Source: Eledone cirrhosa (Eukaryota). From it: 64,000 nt of DNA. The notes beneath the pieces were generated by a model, which did no database searches, had not been told where the DNA came from, and saw only the letters and a list, made by a program, of their open reading frames with translations. Numbering within the stretch: position 1 is the first letter of the stretch; the number at the start of each line of letters is the position of its first letter. Where the stretch lies: assembly GCA_964016885.1 (NCBI GenBank), contig OZ024745.1, positions 101,122,001 through 101,186,000 of the forward strand. Direction: 5' to 3'. This document shows positions 54,466 through 64,000 of the stretch, piece by piece. Position numbers and translations under genes: made by a program.

Positions 54466-56552
54466 CGATAGTATCAACAAACGACAATGTGACCTTTTTT
54501 CTGCTTGACCTGCTAGAAATAGCACTCAAATCCATATCACTCTTTTTCGTATTTGTAAATAGAATATCATTTATTTTTAATCATACAGTATGCCTAAACG
54601 ACTATGATGGTCACAGATGCATACTCTTTAATCTTAGGTCCATCCGATTTGAACATATCTGGGAAATAAGCAATACTTATTAATATAAAGATTGTTAAAC
54701 CTCAGAAACATGGGTATTTGGTCAAATAAAACAATTCTAAAACCTTCAAAAAGCCCATCTGAAATATAATCCTATTCAAACTTTAAAAAACATAAAAAAC
54801 TTAGTTGCTGGATTCAGATCTATTGCTACGATTCAACGAGATGGCCTCTGTGTGGTCACTTAACGTGGTAGAAATAGCTGCAACGTTTACTTCAAATCAC
54901 ACTACACCATCTTAAAAAGGTAGAAATTGAAGTCGTCCTTGATGTAGAAAACTACGAGATGGTCACGCCTTGAACGCATTTGATACATCTCTGTTCGATT
55001 AGGGCGGGCATAGGATAAATAAGAACGAAAACAAAATATATTTAAATCTGTACTAGCACTCCGTCGATTCCAACGATGAGTGCTCTATTTGTTTGATCAA
55101 CAGAAACTCCAGCTGGTGAAATTAACGTACAAGTGGCTGAGCATTCTGCAGACAAGTGTATCTCAATGAGATTCGGTGAGACATAATATATGACGTGGCT
55201 GGCTCTTTGAATTCAGGCATAACTCATTTTTACCAGCTGAGTGGATAGGATTAACGGGAAAAAGTGACTTGCTTAAGGACACGACCTGCTGCCAGGAATC
55301 GAATTCACGACCTTAAGATCACAATCCGAATAACCTAGCTATTAAGCCACGCGCTTTCACATAAAGAATAATTTGATGAATAGACGGCAGGTTAGTAGAA
55401 TCTTTATACCTTTGGATGAAGTTTGCGGCATTTGTTTCGGCTCTCTGTGCTCTGAGTTCGAATCTCGTCGATGTCACCTCTGCTTCTTATCTTTCCAGCG
55501 TCGAAAAATAAGTAAACAGGAAAAGAGCCGAGCATGAAATAAGACCAGGGAACATATTTCCTTTGCTGATACTATTTACTGGCAGCAATAGACGGGATCT
55601 GGCAAGCACAAAGACAAACCAATCACTGTACAGCTTCCTTGCGTATTCTTTACTAAGTTCACCTTGGTTGGTACTTTATTTATGAACCCCTAAAGGATAA
55701 CAAGTAAAGTTGACCTTGGTGGGATTTGAACTCAGAACCGAGAATGCTGGAATAAATCTCGAATCATTTTATCCAATGTTCTACCGACTCTGCCAATTCG
55801 TTAATCAATACAGTACAAATCGCGTACAGATGTCGGTTCTAATCTCTCTTTGGGAATTGACCTGATTCTCTTTGTGAAAATGGTTGTAGGGAAGCCCTCA
55901 CAACGTCTTTTTCTCTAGAAATGGAGAACAGTCAAGGAAGGAGCTATCAACCTCTTCTAATAGATAAGCTGAAGCTGATGTTACTGAAACCGTCAAAAGG
56001 ACGATGTGCAGTACAGCACAGAACGGAAATAATTTAAAGATGACCGTAATAAATTTGTTTTTGGAATAACAATAACAACGCTTTCTACACCCGTTGTCTT
56101 TATAGTAAGAGACCAAGATTATAAGTGACATCTCTCAGTAAAGAAATGTTCCGATTCATCGCCTAACAAGTGGAGTGTAAGGACCCTGGTGAAGAATCAG
56201 TCCCAGAACTCAACCTGTCGGCAGGTTACACTGAACTCATTTATTTAGTGAACCACTAACGAATTTTTAGCGTTCTCTCTATATATAACTCTTTCTTCTT
56301 TCTTTATCTTTCTTTCTTTCCAATCTATTATTCTGGATATGTCTCAGAAGAACCGGAAATGACAAACAAAATAGGAATGAAAAAAGATAGGAGGGAATAT
56401 CATGAAATATCTAAGGCTTGGGCTTTTGTCATATTTTATTTTCCATTTTTTGTTTTGTGTATGCGTTTTTTTTTACCAATGCATTTGATTTATTCATTTC
56501 TTTTTCGTTGTTTTGTTTTATTTCCTTTCTTTATTCTGTTTCATTTATCTTT

Positions 56553-59500
56553 CCTTTCATAATGTCATAAAATAGAGTGGCGGGCTCTATATAGTAGAAG
56601 TACTGGACTAACCAACCTTTCATAATGCCATAAAATAGAGTGGCGAGCTCTATATAGTAGAAGTACTGGACTAACCAACCTTTCATAATGTCATAAAATA
56701 GAGTGGCAGGCTCTATATAGTAGAAGTACTGGACTAACCAACCTTTCACAAAGTCATAAAATAGAGTGGCGAGCTCTATATAGTAGAAGTACTGGACTAA
56801 CCAACCTTTCACAATGTCATAAAATAGAGTGACGATCTCTATATAGTAGAAGTACTGGACTAACCAACCTTTCACAATGTCATAAAATAGAGTGACGATC
56901 TCTATATAGTAGAAGTACTGGACTAACCAACCTTTCACAATGTCATAAAATAGAGTGGCGAGCTCTATATAGTAGAAGTACTGGACTAACCAACCTTTCA
57001 TAATGTCATAAAATAGAGTGGCGAGCTCTATATAGTAGAAGTACTGGACTAACCAACCTTTCACAATGTCATAAAATAGAGTGACGATCTCTATATAGTA
57101 GAAGTACTGGGCTAACCAACCTTTCATAATGTCATAAAATAGAGTGGCGAGCTCTATATAGTAGAAGTACTGGACTAACCAACCTTTCACAATGTCATAA
57201 AATAGAGTGACGATCTCTATATAGTAGAAGTACTGGACTAACCAACCTTTCATAATGTCATAAAATAGAGTGGCGAGCTCTATATAGTAGAAGTACTGGA
57301 CTAACCAACCTTTCACAATGTCATAAAATAGAGTGACGATCTCTATATAGTAGAAGTACTGGGCTAACCAACCTTTCATAATGTCATAAAATAGAGTGGC
57401 GAGCTCTATATAGTAGAAGTACTGGACTAACCAACCTTTCACAATGTCATAAAATAGAGTGACGATCTCTATATAGTAGAAGTACTGGACTAACCAACCT
57501 TTCACAATGTCATAAAATAGAGTGACGATCTCTATATAGTAGAAGTACTGGGCTAACCAACCTTTCATAATGTCATAAAATAGAGTGGCGAGCTCTATAT
57601 AGTAGAAGTACTGGACTAACCAACCTTTCACAATGTCATAAAATAGAGTGACGATCTCTATATAGTAGAAGTACTGGACTAACCAACCTTTCATAATGTC
57701 ATAAAATAGAGTGGCGAGCTCTATATAGTAGAAGTACTGGACTAACCAACCTTTCACAATGTCATAAAATAGAGTGACGATCTCTATATAGTAGAAGTAC
57801 TGGGCTAACCAACCTTTCATAATGTCATAAAATAGAGTGGCGAGCTCTATATAGTAGAAGTACTGGACTAACCAACCTTTCATAATGTCATAAAATAGAG
57901 TGGCAGGCTCTATATAGTAGAAGTACTGGACTAACCAACCTTTCACAATGTCATAAAATAGAGTGGCGAGCTCTATATAGTAGAAGTACTGGACTAACCA
58001 ACCTTTCATAATGTCATAAAATAGAGTGGCAGGCTCTATATAGTAGAAGTACTGGACTAACCAACCTTTCACAATGTCATAAAATAGAGTGGCAGGCTCT
58101 ATATAGTAGAAGTACTGGACTAACCAACCTTTCACAATGTCATAAAATAGAGTGGCAGGCTCTATATAGTAGAAGTACTGGACTAACCAACCTTTCACAA
58201 TGTCATAAAATAGAGTGGCGAGCTCTATATAGTAGAAGTACTGGACTAACCAACCTTTCACAATGTCATAAAATAGAGTGGCGAGCTCTATATAGTAGAA
58301 GTACTGGACTAACCAACCTTTCACAATGTCATAAAATAGAGTGGCGGGCTCTATATAGTAGAAGTACTGGACTAACCAACCTTTCATAATGTCATAAAAT
58401 AGAGTGGCAGGCTCTATATAGTAGAAGTACTGGACTAACCAACCTTTCACAATGTCATAAAATAGAGTGGCGAGCTCTATATAGTAGAAGTACTGGACTA
58501 ACCAACCTTTCACAATGTCATAAAATAGAGTGGCGAGCTCTATATAGTAGAAGTACTGGACTAACCAACCTTTCACAATGTCATAAAATAGAGTGGCAGG
58601 CTCTATATAGTAGAAGTACTGGACTAACCAACCTTTCACAATGTCATAAAATAGAGTGGCAGGCTCTATATAGTAGAAGTACTGGACTAACCAACCTTTC
58701 ACAATGTCATAAAATAGAGTGGCGAGCTCTATATAGTAGAAGTACTGGACTAACCAACCTTTCACAATGTCATAAAATAGAGTGGCGAGCTCTATATAGT
58801 AGAAGTACTGGACTAACCAACCTTTCACAATGTCATAAAATAGAGTGGCGGGCTCTATATAGTAGAAGTACTGGACTAACCAACCTTTCATAATGTCATA
58901 AAATAGAGTGGCAGGCTCTATATAGTAGAAGTACTGGACTAACCAACCTTTCACAATGTCATAAAATAGAGTGGCGAGCTCTATATAGTAGAAGTACTGG
59001 ACTAACCAACCTTTCACAATGTCATAAAATAGAGTGGCGAGCTCTATATAGTAGAAGTACTGGACTAACCAACCTTTCACAATGTCATAAAATAGAGTGG
59101 CAGGCTCTATATAGTAGAAGTACTGGACTAACCAACCTTTCACAATGTCATATAATAGAGTGGCGAGCTCTATATAGTAGAAGTACTGGACTAACCAACC
59201 TTTCACAATGTCATAAAATAGAGTGGCGAGCTCTATATAGTAGAAGTACTGGACTAACCAACCTTTCACAATGTCATAAAATAGAGTGGCAGGCTCTATA
59301 TAGTAGAAGTACTGGACTAACCAACCTTTCACAATGTCATATAATAGAGTGGCGAGCTCTATATAGTAGAAGTACTGGACTAACCAACCTTTCACAATGT
59401 CATAAAATAGAGTGGCGAGCTCTATATAGTAGAAGTACTGGACTAACCAACCTTTCACAATGTCATAAAATAGAGTGGCAGGCTCTATATAGTAGAAGTA

Positions 59501-61719
59501 CTGGACTAACCAACCTTTCACAATGTCATAAAATAGAGTGGCGAGCTCTATATAGTAGAAGTACTGGACTAACCAACCTTTCACAATGTCATAAAATAGA
59601 GTGGCGAGCTCTGTATGGTAGAAGTACTGGACTAACCAACCTTTCATAATGTCATAAAATAGAGTGGCGAGCTCTATATAGTAGAAGTACTGGACTAACC
59701 AACCTTTCACAATGTCATAAAATAGAGTGGCGGGCTCTATATAGTAGAAGTACTGGGCTAACCAACCTTTCATAATGTCATAAAATAGAGTGGCGAGCTC
59801 TATATAGTAGAAGTACTGGACTAACCAACCTTTCACAATGTCATAAAATAGAGTGGCGGGCTCTATATAGTAGAAGTACTGGACTAACCAACCTTTCACA
59901 ATGTCATAAAATAGAGTGGCGGGCTCTATATAGTAGAAGTACTGGACTAACCAACCTTTCATAATGTCATAAAATAGAGTGGCGGGCTCTATACAATAGA
60001 AGTACTGGACTAACCAACCTTTCATAAAATAGAGTGGCGAGCTCTATATAGTAGAAGTACTGGACAAACCAACCTTTCATAATGTCATAAAATAGAGTGG
60101 CGGGCTCTATACAATAGAAGTACTGGACTAACCAACCTTTCATAAAATAGAGTGGCGAGCTCTATATAGTAGAAGTACTGGACTAACCAACCTTTCATAA
60201 AATAGAGTGGCGAGCTCTATATAGTAGAAGTACTGGACTAACCAACCTTTCATAAAATAGAGTGGCGAGCTCTATATAGTAGAAGTACTGGACTAACCAA
60301 CCTTTCACAATGTCATAAAATAGAGTGGCGGGCTCTATATAGGAGAAGTACTGGACTAACCAACCTTTCATAATGTCATAAAATAGAGTGACGAGCTCTA
60401 TACAATAGAAGTACTGGACTAACCAACCTTTCATAAAATAGAGTGGCGAGCTCTATATAGTAGAAGTACTGGACTAACCAAACTTTCATAATGTCATAAA
60501 ATAGAGTGGCGGGCTCTATACAATAGAAGTACTGGACTAACTAACCTTTCATAAAATAGAGTGGCGAGCTCTATATAGTAGAAGTACTGGACTAACCAAC
60601 CTTTCATAATGTCATAAAATAGAGTGACGAGCTCTATACAATAGAAGTACTGGACTAACCAACCTTTCATAAAATAGAGTGGCGAGCTCTATATAGTAGA
60701 AGTACTGGACTAACCAACCTTTCATAATGTCATAAAATAGAGTGGCGGGCTCTATACAATAGAAGTACTGGACTAACTAACCTTTCATAAAATAGAGTGG
60801 CGAGCTCTATATAGTAGAAGTACTGGACTAACCAACCTTTCATAATGTCATAAAATAGAGTGACGAGCTCTATACAATAGAAGTACTGGACTAACCAACC
60901 TTTCATAAAATAGAGTGGCGAGCTCTATATAGTAGAAGTACTGGACTAACCAACCTTTCATAATGTCATAAAATAGAGTGGCGGGCTCTATACAATAGAA
61001 GTACTGGACTAACCAACCTTTCATAAAATAGAGTGGCGAGCTCTATATAGGAGAAGTACTGGACTAACCAACCTTTCATAATGTCATAAAATAGAGTGGC
61101 GGGCTCTATACAATAGAAGTACTGGACTAACCAACCTTTCATAAAATAGAGTGGCGAGCTCTATATAGGAGAAGTACTGGACTAACCAACCTTTCATAAT
61201 GTCATAAAATAGAGTGACGAGCTCTATACAATAGAAGTACTGGACTAACCAACCTTTCATAAAATAGAGTGGCGAGCTCTATATAGTAGAAGTACTGGAC
61301 TAACCAACCTTTCATAATGTCATAAAATAGAGTGGCGGGCTCTATACAATAGAAGTACTGGACTAACTAACCTTTCATAAAATAGAGTGGCGAGCTCTAT
61401 ATAGTAGAAGTACTGGACTAACCAACCTTTCATAATGTCATAAAATAGAGTGACGAGCTCTATACAATAGAAGTACTGGACTAACCAACCTTTCATAAAA
61501 TAGAGTGGCGAGCTCTATATAGTAGAAGTACTGGACTAACCAACCTTTCATAATGTCATAAAATAGAGTGGCGGGCTCTATACAATAGAAGTACTGGACT
61601 AACTAACCTTTCATAAAATAGAGTGGCGAGCTCTATATAGTAGAAGTACTGGACTAACCAACCTTTCATAATGTCATAAAATAGAGTGACGAGCTCTATA
61701 TAGTAGAAGTACTGGGCTA
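56553..61719. repeat. 5.2-kb tandem satellite: 63-bp units, switching at ~60020 to alternating 55/63-bp (118-bp) units
   Basis: Unit cctttcataatgtcataaaatagagtggcgagctctatatagtagaagtactggactaaccaa; 8-bp deletion variant in the right-hand part; roughly 84 units. Confidence 0.97.
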
Positions 61720-61993
61720 TGTATTTCGGTTTCACTCTCTACATGTAACTATAAGAAAAAGAAGAAAAATGATATCAATCTCATTTCTTCTACCATATAA
61801 AGTAGTGGATGTTACTTTCTGTAAAAAAAAAAAATCAATTAACAATATATGAGGTGTTTCTCTTCGAATATCGACTGCATTAAAGAAAAGACGTGGAGAC
61901 GTAAAATATATAAAGATTGATATAAAAAATAGGGATCAAATGAATGAATATTATGCGTGTATGTAGGGTGGAGGTAAATATCAGGTGTCTTTG

Positions 61994-62188
61994 AATTGAA
62001 TTAGTAGTTTTCGCTGTATGTTTGACTGTAGAAAATAGTCAAATAATATGAAGTATAACTCCCAGAATGGATAAAAATGAATATCATTATGGAAGAGATA
62101 CCCACGCTTTTCCGTTCTGCGAGCTTATACGCCCTGTTATTTGACTATTTTCTACAGTTACGTATAGGCGAAAGCTACTAAGTCAATT
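61994..62188. mobile_element. Diverged fold-back with a decayed hammerhead
   Basis: Arms 61994-62046 / 62137-62188; CTG-CGA gcttatacg...cgtataggc GAAA gc TA (62117-62177). Confidence 0.55.
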
Positions 62189-62777
62189 TTCATGAACAGT
62201 GGATTGGCAGTATCGGTGGAGGGTCGGACGCCATGCTTTCCAGCATAGTTACGTCCCTTTACGATCTGAGTTCAAATCCCGCCGAGGTTGTGCCTAAAGT
62301 AGAAACAATCATATATATATATCTCCCGAATGAAACAGTTCTAGTCCTGTAAAAGCCATTTCTATATTAAATATTTATACTCTGCTATGTATTGAGTACC
62401 TTACTTACTGTGTTTACCCCCGATTGACCCCGGGACAAACATATATATATATATATATATATATATAGTTGATAAAAGAAACAAAACAAATACAGAGATG
62501 CAAATATATATGAGTTTAAATGAGTTGATAATACAACCATATTAAAACGAAACGCTCGTAAATCAATTAAGTGATTTAAATCCTTGTTAATCCTTATTTC
62601 ATATATATATATATGGGATAACAAATTATCGTTATAGGTAATCCAGTTATAGGTTGGGAATACTCCGTAATGTGGATAGTTTTAGCGTACGGCGTTGTTT
62701 GACTCAACAAGAGGTTTCCTTAGGTAGCGAGTTTGTGAGTTCTCGGGAATTCCTATGCAAGTTAACCTTGGAGTAAT

Positions 62778-63067
62778 AATAGTGAAAGAGTGAAGAATAA
62801 CATGGTCAACAGTACAAAAAGGGTTTTATTTACAGTATTAACAATTGTTTCATTGATTAAGTTGTCTAAAAATTGCTAATCACTTGAAGTTGTGTCATTC
62901 AATTTTAAATACAATGTATGCTTAATCAAATCATCGGAAAAACTGATTAAAATTATACACGGCGTTTGTAATATACTAAGGAAATTCAAATCACAACATC
63001 AGTTAATACTGTTAATACTGTAAATAAAACCCTTTTTGTACTGTTGACCATGTTATTATTCACTCTT

Positions 63068-63074
<7 letters not shown>
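62778..63074. repeat. Inverted-repeat element next to (TA)n
   Basis: ~65-bp arms 62779-62843 / 63010-63074. Confidence 0.8.
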
Positions 63075-63122
<48 letters not shown>

Positions 63123-63129
<7 letters not shown>

Positions 63130-63470
63130 AAAAATAGTCCTTCGTCAGTGATTTTCCAACCATCATTGGTATTTCATCGCATTAAAAATCATATACCTCA
63201 GGTTGGTGCGAGCAATAACTAAAAAAAGTTATTGGGACCAGTAAATCGCGTAAAGCGAGGGGGACAAGTGAACAACATAGAAGGATAAAAGCAATTACGC
63301 GATTTACTGGTCCCAATAACTTTTTTTAGTTATTGCTTGCACCAACCTGAGGTATATGATTTTTAATGCGATGAAATACCAATGATGGTTGGAAAATCAC
63401 TGACGAAGGACTATTTTTATCATATGTAACCTATGTGCAACCACGCAGTATTCTTCTTTCTTCTCATGTT

Positions 63471-63475
<5 letters not shown>
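63123..63475. mobile_element. Fold-back element between (TA)n runs
   Basis: ~130-bp arms 63123-63253 / 63295-63425 plus a 50-bp tail. Confidence 0.8.
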
Positions 63476-63526
<51 letters not shown>

Positions 63527-64000
63527 GCACGTTCGTGTTTTGTGATTAGCTATCAGACAAACTTTTTAAACATTCATTTAGTTTAGTGAAATGTGAATTT
63601 TTACGTTTCCCTTAGTAACTTGGTTGTTGCAATATTGTTTATATGGTGTAGACAATCTTAATTTTAACGACTTAGAGAAGAAATCTGTAAGATATTGCCT
63701 TCCGTGCTTCATCATCTGTTGAATAATCTGACTTCTATGCCTCATAATGGAGCAACAGTTATAATGGCTGTCCTATAGCTATGGTGGAGGGTTGTTCAGC
63801 TGTATACCCTGGTAGGTCTATCCAAGCTATAAAGATACTGGATTACTGACCATATGGAAACACTGCCTTTCTGATGAGGACACACAGATGAGACGTTGGA
63901 GGCTGGAATTTAACTAAATCTAAATCTGCACTAGTGGAATGGTGTCATAGAAAGCTGAAGTAAAGTAAAGCAGGCATGCCAAACTGAGGGTCCCCCCGAG

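Noticed and set aside
56531-60025. 1164-aa ORF of 21-aa repeats
   Set aside because: Artefact of a 63-bp unit without a stop in one frame. The 8-bp deletion variant breaks the frame repeatedly, and there is no non-repeat coding flank.
56553-61719. CRISPR-like array
   Set aside because: No unique spacers, head-to-tail satellite, eukaryotic context and no cas genes.
63340-63415. Permuted (type II) hammerhead
   Set aside because: GAAA and CTGACGA are present, but there is no properly placed UH site and no convincing stem II.
63865-63903. Functional hammerhead CTGATGA...GAGACGTT
   Set aside because: GAAA is mutated and stem II is unpaired; at best a decayed remnant.

Overview
AT-rich eukaryotic (metazoan) DNA, intergenic or intronic, dominated by repeats. 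The SINE types and (TA)n density suggest an octopod cephalopod (inference). No intact host protein-coding gene is supported. Most long ORFs are microsatellite or tandem-repeat artefacts. The window holds many tRNA-type SINEs, a non-autonomous Helitron, a hAT MITE with nested insertions, and decayed RTE, CR1, Tx1 and CRE LINE fragments. It also holds at least four Penelope-like elements (PLEs) or fragments and a 5.2-kb 63/55-bp satellite. The main unexplained signal is a cluster of about 25 intact, variant or truncated hammerhead-ribozyme (HHR) motifs from about 10 sequence families between 18 and 64 kb. Almost all lie in short non-coding fold-back or partial-tandem units embedded in (TA)n tracts. 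They look like a retrozyme-type system of non-autonomous, ribozyme-carrying retroelements beside their likely PLE partners. Structures were read by eye and coordinates are approximate to a few bases.
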